Below are positions 18,729 through 27,477 of a DNA stretch of 64,000 nt, one piece after another. A program made the translations under genes and the position numbers. How positions within the stretch are numbered: position 1 is the stretch's first letter; each line of letters opens with the position of its first letter. The DNA lies in assembly GCA_020060105.1 (NCBI GenBank), contig JAGVAV010000002.1:6186-70185 (forward strand), read 5' to 3'. This DNA is from Candidatus Woesebacteria bacterium. Its GTDB lineage: Bacteria; Patescibacteriota; Microgenomatia; Woykebacterales; 2-01-FULL-43-14. Below the pieces are notes generated by a model. That model had not been told where the DNA came from, made no database searches, and saw only the letters and a list, made by a program, of their open reading frames with translations.

Positions 18729-20354
18729 ATGTATGCGGACGTGGTGGTTGAAAACCAAGGCTCCTTAGATAAACCAACGTTTACTTATCGTGTCGCTAAA
18801 AGGCTTGAGAAAACCATTAAAGAAGGCTGCTGTGTAAAAGTTCCTTTTCGAAATAATGTTTTACTCGGTTATGTTACCGAATTATCGAAGATATCTAAAG
18901 ATCAGGAAATAGCAAAGATTAAGGAATTAATCGACCTGGTATATCCGTTTCCCCTTCTTTACCCATATCAACTAAACTTAGCCAAGTGGATATCCTGGTA
19001 TTATTTTGTTCCGTTATCCCGCTCGATAAAACTAATGACCCCACCAATGGTAAAAAAACAGTTAAACCTCGCGCCTAACCCAAATCCTCAGACGAAACAA
19101 ACACTCATCCTAAACCCTAATTTGCAAAAAGCAGAAAAAGTATTTTATCAGTTGCCGGAAAAAGAGACGATATTCCTCAAGAAAGAGACCCCAAAATCGG
19201 AACTTTTTAGAAATTGGCTAACGATCTATGATGGAAAAGCTCGTTACATCGTCGGAGTTAGGTCTGCTGTGTTTGCCCCATTAATAAATTGCCGTAAAAT
19301 TATCGTTCTTGATGAAGAAAGTTCAAGCTATAAAGATGAAAGAAAACCCAATTATCACTCAAAACTAATCGCTGCTAAAATTTCCGAGTTGACTGGGGCT
19401 TCTCTCGAACTAAGGAGTCAGGCTCCGGAAATAGAAACTTTCTATTTTTCTACAAATAAAATAAACTCCGCCAACCCTCTTTCGTATGTACCTTACAGCT
19501 TAAAAATGAAAAATAGCGACCCTCCCAAAACAATTAAAGTAGTGGATTTAAAGTTTACTCCACTCAAGAAAGGCCTTTCGGAAAGTCTAACCCAAGCCGT
19601 AAAGATTACCGTACAATCTAGCGGGAAAGTTTTGTTGTTTTTAAATAAAACCAATTCCGGCGGTAATCTGAACTGCGAAAATTGTGGTTACAAGGAATAT
19701 GTTCAAGCTAAACCAGCGGTTTGCCCTAGATGTACAAGCTTAAAGATTCAGTTTAGAAGTTTAAACGTAAAAACCCTACTAGCAGAAACCGAAAGATTGT
19801 TTCCTCAAGCGCAAGAATCAATTTTAGTCGCGTCTCAAGCCGTCCTACACTCTAATTTGCAAAATAGCTTTGATTTAGTTGGCGTTATTTCGGCAGATAC
19901 CCTTCTTAATCTACCAGGCTATAAATCGAGTGAAAGAACCTTTCAAATTCTTCGTCAAGTAGAAGCTTTGTGCAAACCTAACGGCACCATCTTAATTCAA
20001 ACCTACAACCCAAATAGCAACTCAATAAAAAGTTTTGTCAATAATAATTACGATCAGTTTTATAGAAAAGAGTTAGAAGAAAGAAAAATTCTAAATTATC
20101 CTCCCTTCACAGAATTATTGAAATTAAGCCCAGGAATAAACAACATAAAGAAGTTAGAAACAGACCTGAAAGAATTTGAAAAAATTGCCAATCTTAACCA
20201 AACACAACTATTAAAAATAAATCAGGAAAGCGTTGTTTCAACAAAACCCCAAGTTCTAAAGCCGCAGTTGATACTAAAGGGCCCGCACCTACATAATTTC
20301 TTTCAATCTCAAGTCAAAAACTGGCGTTTTGAGGTTGATCCAGACATCGTTTAG
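18729..20354 (+). CDS. priA: Primosomal protein N' (PriA), degenerate
   Basis: N-terminal 3'-binding domain (FTYRV..VKVPF), GVRSAVFAP, DEESSSYK, CxxC..CxxC, IQTYNP, YPPF, VDP; priA-def-fmt synteny. Confidence 0.85.
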   Translation: MYADVVVENQGSLDKPTFTYRVAKRLEKTIKEGCCVKVPFRNNVLLGYVTELSKISKDQEIAKIKELIDLVYPFPLLYPYQLNLAKWISWYYFVPLSRSIKLMTPPMVKKQLNLAPNPNPQTKQTLILNPNLQKAEKVFYQLPEKETIFLKKETPKSELFRNWLTIYDGKARYIVGVRSAVFAPLINCRKIIVLDEESSSYKDERKPNYHSKLIAAKISELTGASLELRSQAPEIETFYFSTNKINSANPLSYVPYSLKMKNSDPPKTIKVVDLKFTPLKKGLSESLTQAVKITVQSSGKVLLFLNKTNSGGNLNCENCGYKEYVQAKPAVCPRCTSLKIQFRSLNVKTLLAETERLFPQAQESILVASQAVLHSNLQNSFDLVGVISADTLLNLPGYKSSERTFQILRQVEALCKPNGTILIQTYNPNSNSIKSFVNNNYDQFYRKELEERKILNYPPFTELLKLSPGINNIKKLETDLKEFEKIANLNQTQLLKINQESVVSTKPQVLKPQLILKGPHLHNFFQSQVKNWRFEVDPDIV

Positions 20355-20410
20355 TTTTTGCTTCCAAAAACTAGCAAAATCAAACGTTAAGTGATAGAAT
20401 GTGTTCCAAT

Positions 20411-20941
20411 ATGATTTTACCAATCATCACGTATCCAAAACCCGTGCTTAAACAAAAAGCGACACCTATAAGTAAGGTGGACAAAAACGTGAAAGAAACG
20501 GTCAAAAATATGATTGAGACTCTCAAAAGCCGCGAAACTCCTGAGGTTTCAGGAGCAGGATTGGCGGCCCCTCAAGTGGGAGTCTCTAAAAGAGTTTTCA
20601 TAGTTAAGATTAACAAAGATTTTATCCCATTTATAAACCCCGAAGTGAAAGCAATCGGAGGAGAAACCTCAGATTCCTTTGAGGGTTGTTTTTCTGTTCC
20701 CGGTTATTTTGGTACGGTAAAAAGGTTCTCTCAGGTAGAAGTCAAATCTTTAACCTTAGGGGGGAAGACGGCTTATAGAAGATACAGTAACTTTTACGCT
20801 CACGTGATTCAACATGAGATGGACCACATCAATGGCGTACTTTTTATTGACAGGCTCAAAGAACAAGGAGGAAAACTTTTTAAGTATCTTGGGAAAGATC
20901 CAGAGGGAAAAGACAAATTCTTGGAGACATTTTTAAAATGA
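20411..20941 (+). CDS. def: Peptide deformylase
   Basis: GLAAPQVG, EGCFS, QHEMDH. Confidence 0.96.
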   Translation: MILPIITYPKPVLKQKATPISKVDKNVKETVKNMIETLKSRETPEVSGAGLAAPQVGVSKRVFIVKINKDFIPFINPEVKAIGGETSDSFEGCFSVPGYFGTVKRFSQVEVKSLTLGGKTAYRRYSNFYAHVIQHEMDHINGVLFIDRLKEQGGKLFKYLGKDPEGKDKFLETFLK

Positions 20942-21756
20942 AGATCGCCTTTTTCGGAACGGGAAGCTTTGCTTTGCCAATATTAAAGTGCCTGATAAGT
21001 AATTTTGAAGTTGTTCAAGTTTTCACCGCTCCCGTTGAGACCGACCCAAAAAAAGATTCGTTGCCTGGGAAAGTTAAAGCAGTAGCCCTAGAACACGACA
21101 TCCCGTTAATGGAGTTAAAAACACCCCTAGGGACCGAAGTCGTTGCTCAATTAGTCAACCAAGAAGTGGAGCTGACTGTCTTGGCGTCTTTTGGTCTAAT
21201 CCTACCTAGCCTTATACTAAAAACTCCCGCTTATGGTTCTATTAATGTCCATCCTTCCTTACTCCCTAAATACCGAGGCCCTTCTCCTATTCAGTCTTCA
21301 ATAATGTCAGGAGACAAAGAAACAGGGGTAACCGTCATTCTTATGGAAGAAAAAGTTGATGCTGGTAAAATAATTGCTCAGATTAAAACCAAAATCTCAG
21401 AAAGTGATACTAGCGAATCACTGACTAATAAGTTATCCCAAAACATCTCCAAACACCTTCCAGAAGTCTTATCAGATTGGCTTATTGGTAAAGTTAAACC
21501 AAGAAAACAAGATAATCGAAAAGCAACTTACACAAAGAAACTTCTTAAGAAAAGTGGGTTTATCGATTGGCAAAAACCTCCTGACAATCTAAACCGAAGA
21601 ATTAGAGCTTACTACCCCTGGCCAACCGTCTGGACTCTATATCGAGGAAAGATCTTAAAAATTTTGCCAAATTCAACAGTGCAACTAGAGGGAAAGAGGC
21701 CAATTAGCTTAAAATCGTTTTATCAAGGGCACCCTGATTTTAAGCTATCTTGGTAA
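20938..21756 (+). CDS. fmt: Methionyl-tRNA formyltransferase
   Basis: FFGT, NVHPSLLPKYRGPSPIQ, DAG, IRAYYPWP. Confidence 0.95.
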   Translation: MKIAFFGTGSFALPILKCLISNFEVVQVFTAPVETDPKKDSLPGKVKAVALEHDIPLMELKTPLGTEVVAQLVNQEVELTVLASFGLILPSLILKTPAYGSINVHPSLLPKYRGPSPIQSSIMSGDKETGVTVILMEEKVDAGKIIAQIKTKISESDTSESLTNKLSQNISKHLPEVLSDWLIGKVKPRKQDNRKATYTKKLLKKSGFIDWQKPPDNLNRRIRAYYPWPTVWTLYRGKILKILPNSTVQLEGKRPISLKSFYQGHPDFKLSW

Positions 21757-21919
21757 CTCTCAAACACTTAGTACAAAGCCTTAATCGCCGAACACCACCA
21801 CCTACCAAAACCCTTACTTGATGAAGATTAGGAAAAGACTTTTTATTTGTCCGACGCTTCGAATGACTTACGTTCCGGCCACTCAAAACACCCTTATCGC
21901 AAACATCACAACGATACAT
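21740..21919 (-). CDS. rpmB: 50S ribosomal protein L28 (Zn-binding type), missed by the ORF track
   Basis: Manual translation MYRCDVCDKGVLSGRNVSHSKRRTNKKSFPNLHQVRVLVGGGVRRLRLCTKCLRVTKIA; AAGGAG SD. Confidence 0.95.
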   Translation of the reverse strand: MYRCDVCDKGVLSGRNVSHSKRRTNKKSFPNLHQVRVLVGGGVRRLRLCTKCLRVTKIA

Positions 21920-22023
21920 AATATCTCCTTATATAACAATAACTATCTTTTTGAATCACACCAACATAGTTGACAGTTATTTAATGTGTTATAATATACC
22001 AAGATAAGAGGTTAAATGCAAGT

Positions 22024-22680
22024 ATGTTAGTGGATTTCTTTTCTGGTGACATAAATATAATAACTTTGTTGTCTTGGTTCATCGCGTTAGCCATAGCGGT
22101 TACCGTTCATGAGTTCAGCCACGCCCTAACAGCAGATAAATTAGGTGACCCAACGGCGCGCTACCAAGGAAGAGTAACCTTAAACCCCCTTGCTCATCTG
22201 GACCCTCTTGGAACAGTTATGATCCTCCTTACCAGGTTTGGTTGGGGCAGACCCGTCCCGTTTAATCCGTGGAACCTTAAAAATCCAAAGCAAGATGCGT
22301 TGTTAATCTCGTTAGCAGGCCCCGCGGCAAACTTAATCACCGCCTTTATTCTTTCTTTTCTGCTTAAAATGATACTACTCACATCTTTACTTACATTACC
22401 GCTGGTAGTAAAAAGCATTTTAGTTAGTGTTGTTACCTTAAGCATCGTTTTAAACGTGTTCTTAGCGGTCTTTAACTTAATACCAGTGGCCCCACTAGAC
22501 GGATTCAAAGTTGTTGGGGGTCTTTTACCTAGGGAACTTGCTCAAAAATGGGAGGGTTTAGAAAGGTACGGTCTTGTTTTTCTTATTATCTTAATCATCC
22601 CTCTAGGAGGGACCTCTCTTGCGGGAACAATTATTTCTCCCGTCTTAAACAACATCCTCCAAATTTTAATTGGGGCTTGA
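22024..22680 (+). CDS. Site-2 protease family (M50) protein
   Basis: HEFSH, LGDPT, TLNPLAHLD, AGPAAN, FNLIPVAPLDG. Confidence 0.93.
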   Translation: MLVDFFSGDINIITLLSWFIALAIAVTVHEFSHALTADKLGDPTARYQGRVTLNPLAHLDPLGTVMILLTRFGWGRPVPFNPWNLKNPKQDALLISLAGPAANLITAFILSFLLKMILLTSLLTLPLVVKSILVSVVTLSIVLNVFLAVFNLIPVAPLDGFKVVGGLLPRELAQKWEGLERYGLVFLIILIIPLGGTSLAGTIISPVLNNILQILIGA

Positions 22681-22709
22681 ATTTATTTTCGATTTATGTT
22701 ATAAGTTAA

Positions 22710-22960
22710 TTAGTCTTTTGACTAACCCTACCTTGATCGGAAAGGCGAAAGGAAATTTTCTTCCACTGTTGCTGTTTCCTTGGGCTGATCCGGAGTTCTC
22801 TTGTCTTTTGGGATAAGAGACAGGATTCCCACCTATTTTATAGGGAGGAAAGACCAAAGTCCCGACTTGGTGGGGAGGAATAATTTAATCTAATAATCAG
22901 TTACTGGATTAATGCTAGCTTAAAAAAGTACCACGGTTGGTTGCCGTGGTATTTCGTTTT
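22710..22960 (+). ncRNA. Candidate structured ncRNA of unknown family
   Basis: Upstream TTGAAT-17-TATAAG; several stems with + strand G-U pairs; terminator GTACCACGG/CCGTGGTAT plus T tract; no credible ORF. Confidence 0.55.
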
Positions 22961-22999
22961 AATTTGCAAATTCTGGGCACGGGTTTTTCCTGGATAACC

Positions 23000-23028
23000 T
23001 TGAAATTATATCAATTGAAAGGTATAAT
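23000..23028 (+). promoter_or_regulatory. sigma70 promoter of the tRNA cluster
   Basis: TTGAAA-17-TATAAT. Confidence 0.75.
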
Positions 23029-23042
23029 TACCTATGCTCAGT

Positions 23043-23117
23043 GCCGACGTAGCTCAATGGTAGAGCAAGTGTTTTGTAAACACTAGGCTGGGGGTTCGAT
23101 TCCTCTCGTCGGCTCCA
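23043..23117 (+). tRNA. tRNA-Thr(TGT)
   Basis: GCCGACG acceptor, TTTGTAA loop, GTTCGATT, encoded CCA. Confidence 0.95.
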
Positions 23118-23203
23118 GCCGGGATGGTAGAGTGGACAATTACACCAGTCTGTAAAACTGGCGCCTTTAGGCTTCGGAGGTTCGAATCCTTCTCCCGGCA
23201 CCA
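23118..23203 (+). tRNA. tRNA-Tyr(GTA)
   Basis: CTGTAAA loop, long variable arm, GTTCGAATCC, CCA. Confidence 0.95.
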
Positions 23204-23204
23204 G

Positions 23205-23280
23205 GCTGAAGTAGCTCAGTTGGAAGAGCACGCCCTTGGTAAGGGCGAGGTCACGGGTTCGATCCCCGTCTTCAGCTCCA
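23205..23280 (+). tRNA. tRNA-Thr(GGT)
   Basis: GCTGAAG acceptor, TTGGTAA loop, CCA. Confidence 0.95.
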
Positions 23281-23305
23281 TAAATTATCTAAAGGAGGAC
23301 TAGTA

Positions 23306-23470
23306 ATGGCAAAAAAAGGCTCGCGAATTATTATTAAGCTTTCATGCTCACAGTGCAAAGAAATTAACTACACAACTGAAAAGTCTAAGAAAAACGACCC
23401 AGAAAAAATAGCCTTAGCAAAGTTCTGCGCCCGTTGTCGAAAAACGACAGAACATAAAGAAATTAAGTAA
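23306..23470 (+). CDS. rpmG: 50S ribosomal protein L33, missed by the ORF track
   Basis: MAKKGSRIIIKLSCSQCKEINYTTEKSKKNDPEKIALAKFCARCRKTTEHKEIK; AAGGAGG SD. Confidence 0.96.
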   Translation: MAKKGSRIIIKLSCSQCKEINYTTEKSKKNDPEKIALAKFCARCRKTTEHKEIK

Positions 23471-23480
23471 GGGTTTCTTT

Positions 23481-23554
23481 AGGCCCGTAGTTAAATGGCA
23501 TAACAGAGGTCTCCAAAACCTCTATTGGGGGTTCGAATCCCTCCGGGCCTGCCA
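23481..23554 (+). tRNA. tRNA-Trp(CCA)
   Basis: AGGCCCG acceptor, CTCCAAA loop, GCCA end; rpmG-trp-secE synteny. Confidence 0.95.
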
Positions 23555-23760
23555 TACTTACTGTTAAACACAAAAGTCTAGTTCGCTAACTAACCTTGCC
23601 AGAAACGGCACAAAAGATTAAAATAAACATAAAAGTCCAAATTGTTGACAATGCAAAATAGGTAAAGTAAAATCAGTCAGTAAAATAGAATTCAATGGTC
23701 AACGCCCAACGAGTCAAGCTAACTTTACATTCACAACAATATTTGTTATGATGTAAACTT

Positions 23761-23955
23761 ATGGAAATTTTGAGTAGACCAATCAGTTTTCTTGAGGAAG
23801 TAAAACAAGAACTAGTAAAAGTAACCTGGCCAAGTAAAAACCAGACCATTAATATGACATTAATTGTTTTGGCAGTTAGTGTTTTGGTCGGAGTTTTTGT
23901 GGGTGGCTTAGATTACGTTTTCACTAAGGTGATGGAAGTCGCCCTAAAGAGGTAA
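23761..23955 (+). CDS. secE: Preprotein translocase subunit SecE
   Basis: EL.KVTWPS motif plus TM. Confidence 0.95.
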   Translation: MEILSRPISFLEEVKQELVKVTWPSKNQTINMTLIVLAVSVLVGVFVGGLDYVFTKVMEVALKR

Positions 23956-23962
23956 ACTAATA

Positions 23963-24541
23963 ATGACTAAGCAAAAAGAAACCGCTAAAGAAAATAGGCC
24001 AAACGAAAACGCAGAGGAAAAGGCAAGATGGTATGTAGTGCATACTTATTCAGGGCACGAAAATAAGGTAGCAACTACTCTCAAGCAGAGAGTGGAATCC
24101 ATGGCATTACAGAATAAAATACTAGATATCTTGGTTCCCACACAAGAAAAAATTGAAATTAAGGAAGGTAAGAAACAAACAATAAAGGAAAAAATCTTTC
24201 CAGGCTACATATTGGTTAAGTTGGTTTTAGACGACGAGAGTTGGCACACTATCAGATCTACTGCGGGAGTAACTAGTTTTGTAGGAATTGGAAATAAACC
24301 GACACCTTTGGCGGAAAAAGAAGTCAATGTGATAATGAAGTTTATGAAAATGGAGGCCCCCAAGTACAAGTCTGCTTTTTCGGTAGGAGAAGCGGTAAAG
24401 ATTACTGACGGACCGTTCGTTGAAATGCTTGGAACAGTGGACGAAATAAATGAGGAAAAAGGTAAAGTAAAAGTGCTTGTTTCAATTTTCGGTCGGGAAA
24501 CCCCAGTAGAATTAGATTTCTTACAGGTAAGTAGAATTTAA
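23963..24541 (+). CDS. nusG: Transcription factor NusG
   Basis: [21 protein letters not shown] domain, [10 protein letters not shown]. Confidence 0.97.
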   Translation: MTKQKETAKENRPNENAEEKARWYVVHTYSGHENKVATTLKQRVESMALQNKILDILVPTQEKIEIKEGKKQTIKEKIFPGYILVKLVLDDESWHTIRSTAGVTSFVGIGNKPTPLAEKEVNVIMKFMKMEAPKYKSAFSVGEAVKITDGPFVEMLGTVDEINEEKGKVKVLVSIFGRETPVELDFLQVSRI

Positions 24542-24612
24542 CAGAGGTCTGTAGCGCTCATTTAAGGAATTGATCGGTTCCTTTCCAATAAAAAGCTACA
24601 CTCAAAAGAAAT

Positions 24613-25038
24613 ATGGCAAAAAAAATTAAAACAGTTATTAAATTAAATGTTCCCGCGGGTGAAGCCACCCCAGCTCCTCCTGTTGGCCCTGCTTTGGGAC
24701 AACATGGACTAAATATCATGGAGTTTGTCAAAACGTATAACGAAAAGACGGCAGATAAAAAAGGAACAATCGTTCCTGTTGTCATTACCGTTTACGAAGA
24801 CAGAACATTTTCGTTTGTAACAAAAACTCCCCCAGCAGCTACCCTTCTAAAAAAGGCTTTGGGAATTCAAACAGCCTCAGGGACGCCGAATAAAAAAAAG
24901 GTTGGTAAGGTTAGCAAGGAACAATTAAAACAAATCGCCGAAGTTAAAATGCAAGATCTAAACGCTAAAGATCCTGAATCCGCGGCCAAAATAATTGCGG
25001 GAACGGCTAGAAGTATGGGCATTGAAGTTGAAAAATAA
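24613..25038 (+). CDS. rplK: 50S ribosomal protein L11
   Basis: [20 protein letters not shown]. Confidence 0.98.
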   Translation: MAKKIKTVIKLNVPAGEATPAPPVGPALGQHGLNIMEFVKTYNEKTADKKGTIVPVVITVYEDRTFSFVTKTPPAATLLKKALGIQTASGTPNKKKVGKVSKEQLKQIAEVKMQDLNAKDPESAAKIIAGTARSMGIEVEK

Positions 25039-25061
25039 CCTTTATTAGAAGGTAGAAGAAT

Positions 25062-25862
25062 ATGGGAAAGCCAAAGATTAAAGAAATAAATAACAGCCTA
25101 GAAGAAACTAAAGTACAGCCTGAGGTCCTTTCAGAGACAAAGACAATAGATGAGAGGAAAAAGCCTGTCAAAACTAAGCAAGTCGGTAAACGTCTTAAAA
25201 GTCTTTATCACAAAATTGACCGCAGAAAAAAGTACAACTTGGCAGAAGCTCTGGGCCTAGTTAAGGAAACCTCTAACCTTAATTTTGATTCTACAGTTGA
25301 GGTTCACATAAATTTGGCGACGGGCCCAAACCAAAAAAATCAACCGGTAAGAGGAACCGTAGCGCTACCCCACGGTACTGGGAAAAAGGCGCCAAGAATC
25401 CTCGTTTTCGCTAACAATTGCCCAGAAGAACTAAAGAAAGAGAATGTAATAGTTGGGGATGCCAAAGATATTGAAAAGATCCAAAAGGGCTGGCTTGACT
25501 TTGATAAAGTAGTCGCCAGTCCGGAAATGATGTCGCTAATCGGAAAAGTCGCAAAGCAGCTGGGACCAAAAGGGCTAATGCCCAACCCCAAGTCAGGAAC
25601 GGTCACAAGTGATGTGGCCAAAACAGTTAAGGAGATCGTTACCGGCTTAGTGGAATTTAAAAGCGAATCCTCTCCGATCATTCACACTGTAATTGGAAAA
25701 GTCTCCATGGAAAATAATATGTTAACAGAAAACTTCATTGCCTTAATGGAATCTGTTAATAAAGCCAAACCAAACACGATAAAAACCGATTTTATTAAAT
25801 CTGTCTTTCTCTCTGGTACAATGGGACCATCAATAGAGATTGACTTGACAAACAGTGAGTAA
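25062..25862 (+). CDS. rplA: 50S ribosomal protein L1 (N-terminal extension)
   Basis: RGTVALPHGTGK, LGPKGLMPNPKSGTVT, TMGPS. Confidence 0.96.
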   Translation: MGKPKIKEINNSLEETKVQPEVLSETKTIDERKKPVKTKQVGKRLKSLYHKIDRRKKYNLAEALGLVKETSNLNFDSTVEVHINLATGPNQKNQPVRGTVALPHGTGKKAPRILVFANNCPEELKKENVIVGDAKDIEKIQKGWLDFDKVVASPEMMSLIGKVAKQLGPKGLMPNPKSGTVTSDVAKTVKEIVTGLVEFKSESSPIIHTVIGKVSMENNMLTENFIALMESVNKAKPNTIKTDFIKSVFLSGTMGPSIEIDLTNSE

Positions 25863-25874
25863 ACTAGATATAAT
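25845..25874 (+). promoter_or_regulatory. sigma70 promoter for rplJL
   Basis: TTGACA-18-TATAAT. Confidence 0.7.
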
Positions 25875-25891
25875 GACAACTTAATTGAATA

Positions 25892-26005
25892 TAACCAAAG
25901 ACAGTAGGTGCTTTTGTAATTGCTTAAGCTTAATATTTTCCTACCGAGGTTTTATCCAACGCTTGCAACATGTGAGTACCTCGGGTCTTCCCGAGGTTTT
26001 TCATT
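25892..26005 (+). promoter_or_regulatory. L10 leader with attenuator/terminator hairpin
   Basis: AAGACAGTAGG..TTAA..CCTACCGAGG pattern typical of L10 leaders, followed by ACCTCGGG/CCCGAGGT-TTTT upstream of rplJ. Confidence 0.85.
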
Positions 26006-26034
26006 TAAATGGCCGTCTTAGGAGGTAACAAAAC

Positions 26035-26553
26035 ATGCCATCACTCAAAAAAGTCGAAGTCGTTAATAGAATTAAAGAAAAATTGGAGAATTCTAAAGTC
26101 GTAATCATGACTGATTATCGTGGTTTAGACGTTAATAAAATTCAGGATCTCAAAAATAAACTAAACGAAACTAAAGCTGATTACCAAGTTACCAAAAATA
26201 CCTTGTTAGAAAGGGCGCTCCACGACTTAAAAGTAGAAGGACTTCCAGAAGAGGCCTTAAAAGGTCCAACAGCCGTTTTATTTGCCTATGGGGATGAAGC
26301 AGCGCCTGTAAAAGTACTAGCCAATTTTGTTAAAAGTACGGATTTACTCAAAATAAAAGCAGGGCTCCTTGGTAAAGAAGTTCTTAGTTCGGATAAAATA
26401 AATGTTTTAGCAAAACTTCCAAATAGAGATGTCTTACTCCAACAAGTTGTCGGGGGAATATCCTCGCCTATTTTCGGCTTAATCAACGCGCTCCAGTGGA
26501 ACCTAAGTAAACTAGTCTTCACACTAAACGCGATTAAACAAAGCAAGAGTTAG
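26035..26553 (+). CDS. rplJ: 50S ribosomal protein L10
   Basis: DYRGL, KNTL, GPTA, LAKLP. Confidence 0.96.
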   Translation: MPSLKKVEVVNRIKEKLENSKVVIMTDYRGLDVNKIQDLKNKLNETKADYQVTKNTLLERALHDLKVEGLPEEALKGPTAVLFAYGDEAAPVKVLANFVKSTDLLKIKAGLLGKEVLSSDKINVLAKLPNRDVLLQQVVGGISSPIFGLINALQWNLSKLVFTLNAIKQSKS

Positions 26554-26588
26554 CAATAAGTCAGAAAGTTTGAAAGGTGGTGAATTTT

Positions 26589-26987
26589 ATGGCTGAAAAA
26601 GTTACTAAAGAACAACTTCTCAAAGCAATAGAAGATATGAGCGTTCTTGAATTATCTGAATTAGTTAAAGCATTGGAAGAAAAATTTGGTGTTTCTGCAG
26701 CAGCACCTGTGTCAGTAGTTGCTCCTTCCACCCAAGCTACCCCAGCTGAAACAGCAGAAGCAGCGGAAGAACAAACGACCTTTAATGTTATTTTAGCTAA
26801 TGCTGGAGCTAACAAAATTTCCGTGATTAAAGCAGTTAGAGAAATTGTCCCAACCTTAGGTCTCAAGGAAGCCAAAGATTTAGTTGACACGGCTCCAAAA
26901 CCAGTAATCGAGGGGGTTAATAAACAAACTGCTGAAGAGGCGAAAAAGAAACTTGAAGCAGCAGGGGCTTCAGCAGAACTTAAATAG
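26589..26987 (+). CDS. rplL: 50S ribosomal protein L7/L12
   Basis: [31 protein letters not shown]. Confidence 0.97.
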   Translation: MAEKVTKEQLLKAIEDMSVLELSELVKALEEKFGVSAAAPVSVVAPSTQATPAETAEAAEEQTTFNVILANAGANKISVIKAVREIVPTLGLKEAKDLVDTAPKPVIEGVNKQTAEEAKKKLEAAGASAELK

Positions 26988-27058
26988 CTTCTAATATCTC
27001 AAAATACGTCAATACATAACACGACCGTAATAACAGTATGCGTTTTGACGAACCGCTT

Positions 27059-27089
27059 AACGAAAACCCCAAGTGGGGTTTTCGTTTTT
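27059..27089 (+). terminator. Intrinsic terminator after rplL
   Basis: AACGAAAACCCC-AAGT-GGGGTTTTCGTT plus T run. Confidence 0.85.
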
Positions 27090-27168
27090 ATTCTTGAACT
27101 ATTGACAAGTATGATATGTTATGATAGCGTAAATCATATAGAGAGTGACTGCCTGTTTAGGAGGGCTT

Positions 27169-27366
27169 ATGGCAATCGGTGAAGAACTCCCAGAGTTAAT
27201 GACTGTCAAAGAAGTAGCATCATTTTTAAGAGTTTCCCCTCTCACAATCAAACGTTGGGGTAAACGAGGAAAATTACCAGCCATTAGAATTAATGCAAGA
27301 GGTGACAGACGTTACAAGAAAGAAGCGGTACTCTGGCTTCTAGGGGAAATTAAAAAAGAAACGTAA
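27169..27366 (+). CDS. Small MerR/excisionase-type HTH DNA-binding protein (BldC-like)
   Basis: LMTVKEVASFLRVSPLTIKRW..GKLPAIRI..GDRRY; AGGAGG SD; own promoter starting TTGACA at 27102. Confidence 0.88.
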   Translation: MAIGEELPELMTVKEVASFLRVSPLTIKRWGKRGKLPAIRINARGDRRYKKEAVLWLLGEIKKET

Positions 27367-27477
27367 CCGGTAAAGGTAAAACACTTCAAAATGTTTTGTT
27401 TAAAATTACCCCGATTATATAGTTGCTTAGCCTCAAAAAATCTAGCAGTTGTATCAAATGATTGCTAAAAGTTTCGC

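Noticed and set aside
22843-22866. GGGAGGAAAG resembling RNase P RNA
   Set aside because: Lacks the following GUCCGG P4 strand and the 3' AACAGAA..GGCUUA partner
23567-23640. Three CA(C/T)AAAAG repeats upstream of secE
   Set aside because: Short, irregular spacing in A-rich DNA; not CRISPR-like or clearly an operator
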